DNA of 64,000 bases from Eledone cirrhosa (Eukaryota), in the NCBI GenBank assembly GCA_964016885.1, contig OZ024741.1, forward strand, positions 106,702,001 to 106,766,000, written 5' to 3'. Positions within the stretch are counted from its first letter, which is position 1. Every line of letters starts with the position of its first letter. The notes beneath the pieces are model-generated. The model saw only the letters and a list, made by a program, of their open reading frames with translations. It was not told the origin of the DNA and made no database searches. Below are positions 52,346 through 64,000 of this stretch, one piece after another. A program made the position numbers and the translations under genes.

Positions 52346-54442
52346 TTACCGTACTTTTGGTAGAGGAGGGATGGTTTTTACATCCCTTTTCACTTGATCG
52401 TCTGGTGAAGGGACCGTTGAATCGTCCCTTCGGCTGGTCGTCGGCTCTTCTAAGAGAATGTCTGAGTATACTCTTCGATTGATGGTTCCTCCTAGGTCCC
52501 TGAAATCACCAACTGCGTTGGGGAATTTCGTTTTAATATTTGTGTATTGTTTCTGTGCTATTTTTAGCAGTCTTATGTTAGTTGGCGTTTTGATTGGTGC
52601 TGGTATTATGTAGTCCTGTTGTGAAATGTCTGTGTGTTCAATTATGTAAGTCATTAGTTTCTTGTTGTGTGTATTTATTGCCGTGCATTTGTTTTTCTGG
52701 GGGTGGGGTGTGGTTCTGCTATTTTCTTGTCGTTGTTGCTGGGTGTGTGTGTTTTGTTGTTGTGTTTGCGATGTTGGTGCTTGTGGTGGTGGTGTTGAAG
52801 GTGTTGTTGGCGGTGGGGTTGTCGCCGGTGGTGATGGTGGCGCTAGTGTGGGTGGTGATGGTGTTGGTGTTGTTGCTGCTGTGGGTCTCTTTGCAGTAGA
52901 CTTTACCCTTTTCTCATTTCTTTCCTCACTTTTCAAAGGCGACGATGCGCTGCTTCTGCGTTTGTGCCTTCTTACGACCTTTTGCCATCTCTCTCCCACC
53001 TCACACTCCATGTCTGATTCTGTGAGGTCGGGGAGGGGTACCAACTCCACTCTTTCACTTGTTGTTGTTGGTGATGTTTGCACTGGAGTCTCTGTTGCAG
53101 CTGCATTTGGTATTGCTGTTGTTGTTGTTAGTATTTCCACTGCTGCTGCTGTTTTTGATTTCCGTGGAGTGGGTATGGGTGCCACGGGCCTATCGTTCCT
53201 GGTTGCCGCTTGTCCTGTTGCTGGTAGCCGTGGAGCCGGATTCGGAAGGAGGGGGGTTTTCTCCTTTCTCAGGGTCTTCTCGTTGCAGAAGGCCCTGAGG
53301 TGAGTCTTCGATCCACAGCGAAAGCATTTCGGGCGTTTGCCCTCAACACTTATGGGCAGTTGAGTGCCGTTATCGAAGTCTATCACACCCGGGATAGCTT
53401 CGATGCACTCCTGGTTGGTTTGGATTAGCATCTCAATGGAGGAGCCGACCCAATCTTCTCTTACTTTTTTCTGTACTTGCAGTACAGTTGTTTTGTCCTC
53501 GATTCCGACGAGGACAGACGCGGCCAGCCAAGAAGGGGTCATTCCGGGGGGGACGTGGGTCAGTTTGACCCTCACAATTTTTTGCCCACAGTAGGAGGGC
53601 ACCAACACCATTTCCTCGCTCCTTAGGGTCACTACTGATTGGGCCTTTGCCTCCTGGGGTGTGGCAAAAAGTACGTCTACGGTGGCATATTTTTTGCCTC
53701 GGGTGATGTGCGTTTTCCGCTGCCACACAGACCCCAAGGCTTTTTGTATTTGGGCCTCTGTGGCTCTTTCCACCCTACGGGATTTTGTACTTACTGTACG
53801 GTACGTGACCGTACAGTGCTCTTGGGTTTCGAAAAAATTTTTCGCTGCCTTGCAGATTGCTCGGTGTCCGTTCTTTGTCACCATCTTCTTCGCTTCCTCT
53901 AATTCCTCATTTGTTATGAGGATTGTTTCCAAATTTTTCGCAATACCTGCAAATGAGATTGGTTTTTCTCTGCTGTTGTTGTTGTCGTCAGAGCTGCTGG
54001 TACTTTTGTTGTTGCTGCAGGTACTACGACTACTGCCTCCGCCGCTGTTGCTGTGGTTGTTGTTGGTGTTGCTGCTGCTAATGCTGTTGTTGTTTATGCT
54101 GCTGGTGATGCTGTTGCGGCTGCTACTGTTGTTTTCATTGTCACTGTTGCTGTTGTTTTTACGGCTGCTACTGCTATTATTCCTGACGTCAGACGAATGA
54201 ACTGGGTTTTCGTATTTCCCGCACACCTGTTTCGTCGCTGTCGTCGTCGTCGTGGAGAAACCTTGCACGCTTTGCACGAGACTTTTCTTTTCTTTCGTCG
54301 CTTGCGAAAGAGAAGGGAGGGAGAGAGACACATTTAAAGAAGGGAGGGAGAGAGACAATCTTCTCTCTGCTGTAGTGATGATTGAGGAAGAAGAAGACGG
54401 AATGAGTGGGAGTGACGTATGAAATTTCTTTTTGGTAGCCAT
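52346..54442 (-). CDS. LINE ORF1 (gag-like, CCHC zinc knuckle), copy 1, intact
   Basis: Open frame whose first ATG is at 54442 (the ORF track starts at an upstream TTG). Contains CFRCGSKTHLRAFC (CX2CX4HX4C) between S/N-rich and P/T-rich low-complexity regions, and ends 35 bp before the ORF2 ATG. Confidence 0.88.
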   Translation of the reverse strand: MATKKKFHTSLPLIPSSSSSIITTAERRLSLSLPSLNVSLSLPSLSQATKEKKSLVQSVQGFSTTTTTATKQVCGKYENPVHSSDVRNNSSSSRKNNSNSDNENNSSSRNSITSSINNNSISSSNTNNNHSNSGGGSSRSTCSNNKSTSSSDDNNNSREKPISFAGIAKNLETILITNEELEEAKKMVTKNGHRAICKAAKNFFETQEHCTVTYRTVSTKSRRVERATEAQIQKALGSVWQRKTHITRGKKYATVDVLFATPQEAKAQSVVTLRSEEMVLVPSYCGQKIVRVKLTHVPPGMTPSWLAASVLVGIEDKTTVLQVQKKVREDWVGSSIEMLIQTNQECIEAIPGVIDFDNGTQLPISVEGKRPKCFRCGSKTHLRAFCNEKTLRKEKTPLLPNPAPRLPATGQAATRNDRPVAPIPTPRKSKTAAAVEILTTTTAIPNAAATETPVQTSPTTTSERVELVPLPDLTESDMECEVGERWQKVVRRHKRRSSASSPLKSEERNEKRVKSTAKRPTAATTPTPSPPTLAPPSPPATTPPPTTPSTPPPQAPTSQTQQQNTHTQQQRQENSRTTPHPQKNKCTAINTHNKKLMTYIIEHTDISQQDYIIPAPIKTPTNIRLLKIAQKQYTNIKTKFPNAVGDFRDLGGTINRRVYSDILLEEPTTSRRDDSTVPSPDDQVKRDVKTIPPLPKVR

Positions 54443-54941
54443 GTTTTTTTGTTTAAAATGAAATTTTGGGTACAAAACCCCAATAACTGGTTATTTAACC
54501 CCGAAGGGCCAAATAACGGACAGAAAGACCCCTCTCACGAGGAGGAGGGTGTCTTTATCAACAATCTGGTTCAAGTTTTAAACAATTTACAATTGTTTTA
54601 ACGGTTAAAAATTACTATACCTTACAGAGCCGAGCCTCCGTCAACCATGGCATTCAATAATAATAATAATAATAATAATGATTTCTTTATTAACCACAAG
54701 GGTTTACATAAAGTAGACATTAAGGACAGTGCAGGACAATGCAGGGCGGTACAAATGGGCATTTCTGCGTGTAAAAAAACAAAAACAGAGGATGTAACAA
54801 AAATAACAATGAAAATAACAATGAAAAATTCCCCAATAGGGGGGAGACTTCGGAGGGACATTTGTGGAGAAAGCCCAGTAAAAAGCCACAATGACCCTGA
54901 CCACCAAGGCAAGTGCCCTCTCCCAGTTTTCCACCTTTAGT

Positions 54942-57900
54942 TTACAGATATATACTCAGAGTCGGCCCATTCACTCGGGCCATTCTTGCTTCTCTCACCC
55001 ATCTTTCAACAAAATGCTGGGAAGAGAGCACTTCCTTCTCTACTCTGATTTTCCTTTTCAAATGAAATTTGAAAAAGTCAATCAGAGCATCACCGAAGAG
55101 GTAAGTGCTCGTCTTCAGCCCTTTCAAACGTGTCCACCATACTATCTCTTTCGCCATGGCCACCAGACAGATAAAAACTGCCTGCCCTTCCCGGCTAAAG
55201 GAGGAGGGCGGGGCAATCCTCACGATAGACTCAGATGATAGCTGGATCCGTCCTAAACGCGACAGCAGGTGTTCGACATAAACCCACAAGTCAGCAATTT
55301 TCGGACACTGGACGAGTGCGTGCAGGACGGTTTCGTCGCCCTGCGCGCATCTCGGACATGCCCGGCTGACGGCACCTCCATGCCTGTAGAGTTTATCCCG
55401 AACTGGCAAGGCTCCTCGGTAGCACTGCCAGGCCAGAGATTTCTGGAAGTTGTCCATAGGCCCTGGCCCGAAAGTTCTTCCGAAGAGATTGGCTAGTTGA
55501 TTTTCGTCGACGCCTAGAGTTTCCCCAAGTACGTCGTCGCTCTTACCCTCCACTAATCCTCTATAGAACGCCGAGGTGGAGTTTCCACCGATCAAATTGC
55601 CCGATTGGTCGAGGGCTGTGAGCGCCTGAAGACATTCCAGTCTCCAGGCGCTCCCTCTCGGTCTTCGCTTGACCCAGGACTGCAGCTCCGTCAAGGAAAC
55701 GAGCTGGGGAAAAACGCGTCTAGCAAACGGCGACCACACCTGATCACCGTCGAGGAAGAGGTGGAGATGTCGTAGCCTGAGCGCGTGCCTGCGCATCATC
55801 AGCCACGGCATGCCCAGCCCTCCACGTAGCGGGTGTTGACAACAGATGGACCGCCTGACCATCGGAGCACGTCCCTTCCACAAAAAGAGAAAGAGCAAAC
55901 GCTCCAGCGCAGTCAGGCGAGGCTTAGGACAAGGTACGACGGTTAGGCGGTAGCAGATGACAGACGCGATGTACGCGTTAGCCACCTCCGCTCGACCTTT
56001 CAGGGATAGCTTCCTCTCCGCCCATTTCTGGGTGAGAGAAGCCACCCTGCTCGTCACCTCGTCCCAGTTTTTGTCCGTCTGGAGGTCCGGACCGAACCAG
56101 ACCCCTAGCAATTTAACCGGTCCGTCCGTCCAGCGCCCGACGACGCTGTTGGACGGCATGGACCTGCCTCTCCAGGTGCCGAGCTGCAGGCCCACTGACT
56201 TTTCCTGGTTGATCATTGCTCCTGTCACCGCTTCGTATTCTCTTAGTGTAGTGCCGATCGCCTCGATGTGTTTGGCGTTCGACACCACTACGGTGACATC
56301 GTCCGCATATGCTGACACGGATCTTCCGCATCCTAGTTCGCGCGGGACTCCCCTCAACGTCTCCAGTTTGTGCAGTAATGGCTCGAGAGTCAATACGTAC
56401 AAGAGGGACGAGAGGGGACATCCTTGGCGGACCGAGCGCATGATGTTGAACGGTTCCGACAGGTGACCGTTCACTCTCACCACAGAGCAGATGTCGCTGT
56501 GCATGGCAGCGATCCAGCCTCTGAAGACGGGCCCAAAGCCAGCCGCCCTCAGGACTGCCGCTAGGTAACGATGGTCGACCCTATCGAAAGCTTTCGACTG
56601 ATCTAAATTGATCAAGGACCCACCCGTGCCAGGTTCCCTAGCTACCCTCTCTACGATGTATCGCATGAGGTGGAGGTTGTCGTGGATGGATCTGTCGGGA
56701 ATGGCGCATGTCTGCGCCTCTCCCACCAGACCACCAACGACAAGCGCCAACCTCTTTGCTAGCACCTTGGCCAAAATCTTAAACTCTGTGTTTAGCAGAG
56801 TTATGGGCCGGAAATTGTCTATGTTATCCCCCTTGTTCGGATCCTTTCTCAGCAGTGCCACCGCTCCTCGGCTCACAGAACTGGGAATTCTCCCGTTCTG
56901 TTGCCAGTTGCAGTAGACGTCCGCCAAGAGGCCTCCGAACAAGTCTGGCATCTGTACGTAAAGTTCATAGGGCAGACCATCCAAACCAGGCGATTTACCC
57001 CTTGTGCAGCCAGTCATTGCCTCCCGTACTTCAGCGGCTGTTATCGGCTTTTCGCAACACTTCGCCTCAGTGGCCGAGAGCCGCGGCAGTCCGTCGAGGT
57101 AGACACTAAAGTCCATCCCTCTACCCGGCCCCCCGCTGCCCCCGAACAGCTGAGCGAAGTGTCGCTGAAAAGCTTCACACATTTGCCCGGGATCGAGTAG
57201 CATGCGCCCGTCGTGGTCCACCAAAGACCGGATCGTGGCTTTGTTGCCACGACGCGCCTCCGCCACTCGGGCCCATTGAACGGCTTTCGTCCCCTCGTGT
57301 CTGAGAGCACGCACCCTAGCTCTGACAACGCAGCCTTCGTGCTTTGCATTGAAGAATTGGTCAAGGGCCAATTTCGCCGCAAGCACGTCGGTCGCAATGC
57401 CTTTGCTAAGCGCCTCGTCTAATTTTCTAACTAGTTCTCCCTCTGCTCTATTTTTCTCTATTGCTAAAGCCTTACTAAACCTAATCGATTCTATTCTAAT
57501 CGCTCTTTTCAGAGCAAACCACCACTTGTTGTTGACGATGGCCCCCGTCAACGCCCGCTTAACTAGTTCGCTAATCCGGTCTCTGTAGGCCTTGCGCGCT
57601 GGTAAGGACGCGTTTAGCTTCCAGTAGCCGGGTCCTCGTCTATGAAGCCTATCTAAGTCAAGCACACAGGTCACGAATTTGTGGTCCGTGTAGCTGACTA
57701 TCTTGAATTGTGGACAGCCTATGCTAGACCTATCTATTTCCCTTCAAAATACTCTATCTAGATATGATCTGGATGACCCTATGCGGTTTGTCCAAGTCCA
57801 CATTGGCACATTCGGGAAATCCAATCGGTACCTGTCAGACAGTTCAAAACGCCTGAGCAGGTTGGTGAGGCTCTTGCACCCTCCACCCCTATCCGCTAAT

Positions 57901-58361
57901 CCCACACAGTCCCAGCGTGCATCTAAGATCCCGTTCCAGTCGCCCACTAACACTAAAGAGCGGGACGTTCCAAGAAAGGTCTCCAGACGCCGGAAGAAAT
58001 CAGGCCGCCCTGCTCCTGTCGGGGCATAGACGGCCACTAGCCTGAAAGCTTGCCCGTCTTCGCTGGTCACGTCCAGCACCACCAGCTTACCCTCTGGGTC
58101 CAGGAAGATGGCCCGTATGGCGAGATCCAAACCTCTCCGAAAAAGCACAGCAACTCCTCCACCAGATCCAGGACGGCTGGGAGATGCGTACACATCGTAG
58201 CCGCCGAAGATCGGTGCGAAGGCCCGTGCTTCGGAGATTCTGGTCTCGCTGATGGCCACTACATCTATGTTTAGTGACCTGAGGTCGTTGAGCAGGTGAC
58301 CCTGCTTCCATAACGACCCCAAGCCACGCGCATTTATGCTGCCTATTCTGAGTGAGGTCAT
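54942..58361 (-). pseudogene. ORF2 of copy 2, split by a premature stop
   Basis: TGT (Cys) in copy 1 is TGA at 57744-57746, giving 205 aa and 910 aa pieces. Confidence 0.88.
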
Positions 58362-58396
58362 GTTTAAAATAGAGTGGAAAAGATGGGAAAGACCAC

Positions 58397-60493
58397 TTAC
58401 CGTACTTTTGGTAGAGGAGGGATGGTTTTTACATCCCTTTTCACTTGATCGTCTGGTGAAGGGACCGTTGAATCGTCCCTTCGGCTGGTCGTCGGCTCTT
58501 CTAAGAGAATGTCTGAATATACTCTTCGATTGATGGTTCCTCCTAGGTCCCTGAAATCACCAACTGCGTTGGGGAATTTCGTTTTAATGTTTGTGTATTG
58601 TTTCTATGCTATTTTTAGCAGTCTTATGTTAGTTGGCGTTTTGATTGATGCTGGTATTATGTAGTCCTGTTGTGAAATGTCTGTGTGTTCAATTATGTAA
58701 GTCATTAGTTTCTTGTTGTGTGTGTTTATTGCCGTGCATTTGTTTTTCTGGGGGTGGGGTGTGGTTCTGCTATTTTCTTGTCGTTGTTGCTGGGTGTGTG
58801 TGTTTTGTTGTTGTGTTTGCGATGTTGGTGCTTGTGGTGGTGGTGTTGAAGGTGTTGTTGGCGGTGGGGTTGTCGCCGGTGGCGATGGTGGTGCTGGTGT
58901 CGGTGGTGATGGTGTTGGTGGTGTTGCTGCTGTGGGTCTCTTTGCAGTAGACTTTACCCTTTTCTCATTTCTTTCCTCCCTTTTCAAAGGCGACGATGCG
59001 CTGCTTCTGCGTTTGTGCCTTCTTGCGACCTTTTGCCATCCCTCTCCCACCTCACACTCCATGTCTGATTCTGTAAGGTCGGGGAGGGGTACCAGCTCCA
59101 CTCTTTCACTTGTTGTTGTTGGTGATGTTTGCACTGGAGTCTCTGTTGCAGCTGCATTTGGTATTGCTGTTGTTGTTGTTAATATTTCCACTGCTGCTGC
59201 TGTCTTTGATTTCCGTGGAGTGGGTATGGGTGCCACGGACCTATCGTTCCTGGTTGCCGCTTGTCCTGTTGCTGGTAGCCGTGGAGCCGGATTCGGAAGG
59301 AGGGGGGTTTTCTCCTTTCTCAGGGTCTTCTCGTTGCAGAAGGCCCTGAGGTGAGTCTTCGATCCACAGCGAAAGCATTTCGGGCGTTTGCCCTCAACAC
59401 TTATGGGCAGTTGAGTGCCGTTGTCGAAGTCTATCACATCCGGGATAGCTTCGATACACTCCTGGTTGGTTTGGATTAGCATCTCAATGGAGGAGCCGAC
59501 CCAATCTTCTCTTACTTTTTTCTGTACTTGCAGTACAGTTGTTTTGTCCTCGATTCCGACGAGGACAGACGCGGCCAGCCAAGAAGGGGTCATTCCGGGG
59601 GGGACGTGGGTCAGTTTGACCTTCACAATTTTTTGCCCACAGTAGGAGGGCACCAACACCATTTCCTCGCTCCTTAGGGTCACTACTGATTGGGCCTTTG
59701 CCTCCTGGGGTGTGGCAAAAAGTACGTCTACGGTGGCATATTTTTTGCCTCGGGTGATGTGCGTTTTCCGCTGCCACACAGACCCCAAGGCTTTTTGTAT
59801 TTGGGCCTCTGTGGCTCTTTCCACCCTACGGGATTTTGTACTTACTGTACGGTACGTGACCGTACAGTGCTCTTGGGTTTCGAAAAATTTTTCCGCTGCC
59901 TTGCAGATTGCTCGGTGTCCGTTCTTTGTCACCATCTTCTTCGCTTCCTCTAATTCCTCATTTGTTATGAGGATTGTTTCCAAGTTTTTCGCAATACCTG
60001 CAAATGAGATTGGTTTTTCTCTGCTGTTGTTGTTGTCGTCAGAGCTGCTGGTACTTTTGTTGTTGCTGCAGGTACTACGACTACTGCCTCCGCCGCTGTT
60101 GCTGTGGTTGTTGTTGGTGTTGCTGCTGCTAATGCTGTTGTTGTTTATGCTGCTGGTGATGCTGTTGCGGCTGCTACTGTTGTTTTCATTGTCACTGTTG
60201 CTGTTGTTATTACGGCTGCTACTGCTATTATTCCTGACGTCAGACGAATGAACTGGGTTTTCGTATTTCCCGCACACCTGTTTCGTCGCTGTCGTCGTCG
60301 TCGTGGAGAAACCTTGCACGCTTTGCACGAGACTTTTCTTTTCTTTCGTCGCTTGCGAAAGAGAAGGGAGGGAGAGAGACACATTTAAAGAAGGGAGGGA
60401 GAGAGACAATCTTCTCTCTGCTGTAGTGATGATTGAGGAAGAAGAAGACGGAATGAGTGGGAGTGACGTATGAAATTTCTTTTTCGTAGCCAT
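58397..60493 (-). pseudogene. ORF1 of copy 2, C-terminally truncated
   Basis: CAG in copy 1 is TAG at 58604-58606; otherwise nearly identical to copy 1 ORF1. Confidence 0.82.
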
Positions 60494-60706
60494 GTTTTTT
60501 TGTTTAAAATGAAATTTTGGGTACAAAACCCCAATAACTGATTATTTAACCCCGAAGGGCCAAATAACGGACAGAAAGACCCCGCTCACGAGGAGGAGGG
60601 TGTCTTTATCAACAATTTGGTTCAAGTTTTAAACAATTTACAATTGTTTTAACGGTTAAAAATTACTATACCTTACAGAGCCGAGCCTCCGTCAACCATG
60701 GCATTC

Positions 60707-63700
60707 AATAATAATAATAATAATGATTTCTTTATTAACCACAAGGGTTTACATAAAGTAGACATTAAGGACAGTGCAGGACAATGCAGGACGGTACAAA
60801 TGGGCATTTCTGCGTGTAAAAAACAAAAACAGAGGATGTAACAAAAATAACAATGAAAATAACAATGAAAAATTCCCCAATAGGGGGGAGACTTCGGAGG
60901 GACATTTGTGGAGAAAGCCCAGTAAAAAGCCACAATGACCCTGACCACCAAGGCAAGTGCCCTCTCCCAGTTTTCCACCTTTAATTTACAGATATATACT
61001 CAGAGTAGGCCCATTCACTCGGGCCATTCTTGTTTCTCTCACCCATCTTTCAACAAAATGCTGGGAAGAGAGCACTTCCCTCTCTACTCTGATTTTCCTT
61101 TTCAAATGAAATTTGAAAAAGTCAATCAGAGCATCACCGAAGAGGTAAGTGCTCGTCCTCAGCCCTTTCAAACGTGTCCACCATACTATCTCTTTCGCCA
61201 TGGCCACCAGACAGATAAAAACTGCCTGCCCTTGCCGGCTAAAGGAGGAGGGCGGGGCAATCCTCACGATGGACTCAGATGATAGCTGGAACCGTCCTAA
61301 ACGCGACAGCAGGTGTTCGACATAAACCCACAAGTCAGCAATTTTCGGACACTGGACGAGTGCGTGCAGGACGGTTTCGTCGCCCTGCGCGCATCTCAGA
61401 CATGCCCGGCTGACGGCACCTCCATGCCTGTAGAGTTTATCCCGAACTGGCAAGGCTCCTCGGTAGCACTGCCAGGCCAGAGATTTCTGGAAGTTGTCCA
61501 TAGGCCCCGGCCCGAAAGTTCTTCCGAAGAGATTGGCTAGTTGATTTTCGTCGACGCCTAGAGTTTCCCCAAGTACGTCGTCGCTCTTACCCTCCACTAA
61601 TCCTCTATAGAACGCCGAGGTGGAGTTTCCACCGATCACATTGCCCGATTGGTCGAGGGCTGTGAGCGCCTGAAGACATTCCAGTCTCCAGGCGCTCCCT
61701 CTCGGTCTTCGCTTGACCCAGGACTGCAGCTCCGTCAAGGAAACGAGCTGGGATAATACGCGCCTAGCAAACGGCGACCACACCTGATCACCGTCGAGGA
61801 AGAGGTGGAGATGTCGTAGCCTGAGCGCGTGCCTGCGCATCATCAGCCACGGCATGCCCAGCCCTCCACGTAGCGGGTGTTGACAACAGATGGACTGCCT
61901 GACCATCGGAGCACGTCCCTTCCACAAAAAGCGAAAGAGCAAACGCTCCAGCGCAGTCAGGGGAGGCTTAGGACAAGGTACGACGGTCAGGCGGTAGCAG
62001 ATGACAGACGCGATGTACGCGTTAGCCACCTCCGCTCGACCTTTCAGGGATAGCTTCCTCTCCGCCCATTTCTGGGTGAGAGAAGCCACCCTGCTCGTCA
62101 CCTCGTCCCAGTTTTTGTCCGTCTGGAGGTCCGGACCGAACCAGACCCCTAGCAATTTAACCGGTCCGTCCGTCCAGCGTCCGACGACGCTGTTGGACGG
62201 CATGGACCTGCCTCTCCAGGTGCCGAGCTGCAGGCCCACTGACTTTTCCTGGTTGATCATTGCTCCTGTCACCGCTTCGTATTCTCTTAGTGTAGTGCCG
62301 ATCGCCTCGATGTGTTTGGCGTTCGACACCACTACGGTGACATCGTCCGCATATGCTGACACGGATCTTCCGCATTCTAGTTCGCGCGGGACTCCCCTCA
62401 ACGTCTCCAGTTTGTGCAGTAATGGCTCGAGAGTCAATACGTACAAGAGGGACGAGAGGGGACATCCTTGGCGGACCAAGCGCATGATGTTGAACGGTTC
62501 TGACAGGTGACCGTTCACTCTCACCACAGAGCAGATATCGCTGTGCATGGCAGCGATCCAGCCTCTGAAGACGGGCCCAAAGCCAGCCGCCCTCAGGACT
62601 GCCGCTAGGTAACGATGGTCGACCCTATCGAAAGCTTTCGACTGATCTAAATTGATCAAGGACCCACCCGTGCCAGGTTCCCTAGCTACCCTCTCTACGA
62701 TGTATCGCATGAGGTGGAGGTTGTCGTGGATGGATCTGTCGGGAATGGCGCATGTCTGCGCCTCTCCCACCAGACCACTAACGACAAGCGCCAACCTCTT
62801 TGCTAGCACCTTGGCCAAAATCTTAAACTCTGTGTTTAGCAGAGTTATGGGCCGGAAATTTTCTATGTTATCCCCCTTGTTCGGATCCTTTCTCAGCAGT
62901 GCCACCGCTCCTCGGCTCACAGAACTGGGAATTCTCCCGTTCTGTTGCCAGTTGCAGTAGACGTCCGCCAAGAGGCCTCCGAACAAGTCTGGCATCTTTA
63001 CGTAAAGTTCATAGGGCAGACCATCCAAACCAGGCGATTTACCCCTTGTGCAGCCAGTCATTGCCTCCCTTACTTCAGCGGCTGTTATCGGCTTTTCGCA
63101 ACACTTCGCCTCAGTGGCCGAGAGCCGCGGCAGTCCGTCGAGGTAGACACTAAAGTCCATCCCTCTACCCGGCCCACCGCTGCCCCCGAACAGCTGAGCG
63201 AAGTGTCGCTGAAAAGCTTCACACATTTGCCCGGGATCGAGTAGCATGCGCCCGTCGTGGTCCACCAAAGACCGGATCGTGGCTTTGTTGCCACGACGCG
63301 CCTCCGCCACTCGGGCCCATTGAACGGCTTTCGTCCCCTCGTGTCTGAGAGCACGCACCCTTGCTCTGACAACGCAGCCTTCGTGCTTTGCATTGAAGAA
63401 TTGGTCAAGGGCCAATTTCGCCGCAAGCACGTCGGTCGCAATGCCTTTGCTAAGCGCCTCGTCTAATTTTCTAACTAGTTCTCCCTCTGCTCTATTTTTC
63501 TCTATTGCTAAAGCCTTACTAAACCTAATCGATTCTATTCTAATCGCTCTATTCAGAGCAAACCACCACTTGTTGTTGACGATGGCCCCCGTCAACGCCC
63601 GCTTAACTAGTTCGCTAATCCGGTCTCTGTAGGCCTTGCGCGCTGGTAAGGACGCGTTTAGCTTCCAGTAGCCGGGTCCTCGTCTATGAAGCCTATCTAA

Positions 63701-64000
63701 GTCAAGCACACAGATCACGAATTTGTGGTCCGTGTAGCTGACTATCTTGAATTGTGGACAGCCTATGCTAGAGCTATCTATTTCCCTACAAAATACTCTA
63801 TCTAGATATGATCTGGATGACCCTATGCGGTTTGTCCAAGTCCACATTGGCACATTCGGGAAATCCAATCGGTACCTGTCAGACAGTTCAAAACGCCTGA
63901 GCAGGTTGGTGAGGCTCTTGCACCCTCCACCCCTATCCGCTAATCCCACACAGTCCCACGTGCATCTAAGATCCCGTTCCAGTCGCCCACTAACACTAAA
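60707..64000 (-). mobile_element. L1/Tx1-type retrotransposon, copy 3 (runs off the window)
   Basis: (TTA)6 tail joined to the 5' end of copy 2. ORF2 is open over 60986-63949, with a 1 bp deletion near 63958 (cccacgtgc versus cccagcgtgc). Confidence 0.92.

Larger units (their letters stand above)
48578..54655 (-). mobile_element. Full-length L1/Tx1-type non-LTR retrotransposon, copy 1
   Basis: 5'UTR, ORF1, ORF2, then a 3'UTR with AATAAA just before a (TTA)n tail (48578-48628). The tail abuts a (TA)n tract. Confidence 0.93.
54656..60706 (-). mobile_element. Full-length L1/Tx1-type retrotransposon, copy 2 (two nonsense changes)
   Basis: Near-identical to copy 1 at a 6051 bp offset. Its (TTA)8 tail is joined directly to the 5' end of copy 1. 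Confidence 0.93.

Noticed and set aside
49218-63632. Plus-strand and overlapping ORFs within the LINE array
   Set aside because: Shadow frames of GC-rich ORF1 and ORF2, repeated only because the element is repeated.

Overview
Gene-poor, AT-rich animal DNA dominated by microsatellites and retroelement or transposon debris. The SINE families and repeat load resemble a cephalopod (octopus-like) genome, which is inference only. No host protein-coding exon can be supported, and most short ORFs in the track are translated simple repeats. Recognisable parts are: (i) three head-to-tail ~6.05 kb copies of an L1/Tx1-type LINE on the minus strand (48578 to the window end), with copy 1 apparently intact; (ii) decayed RTE, R4/Dong-like and Tc1/mariner elements, a hAT-type MITE and many tRNA-derived SINEs; (iii) many unrelated short non-coding inserts sitting between (TA)n tracts. 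Many of these inserts are fold-back palindromes with a one-sided tail, and most carry a type I hammerhead ribozyme (HHR) motif with a palindromic stem III, as described for Penelope-like elements and retrozymes. They include a ~430 bp tandem unit with one HHR per monomer, a U3-A8 compensatory-core HHR, and several inserts whose fold-back point lies just 5' of the GAAA core, in the stem II position. Ribozyme folds were derived by eye; activity is untested.
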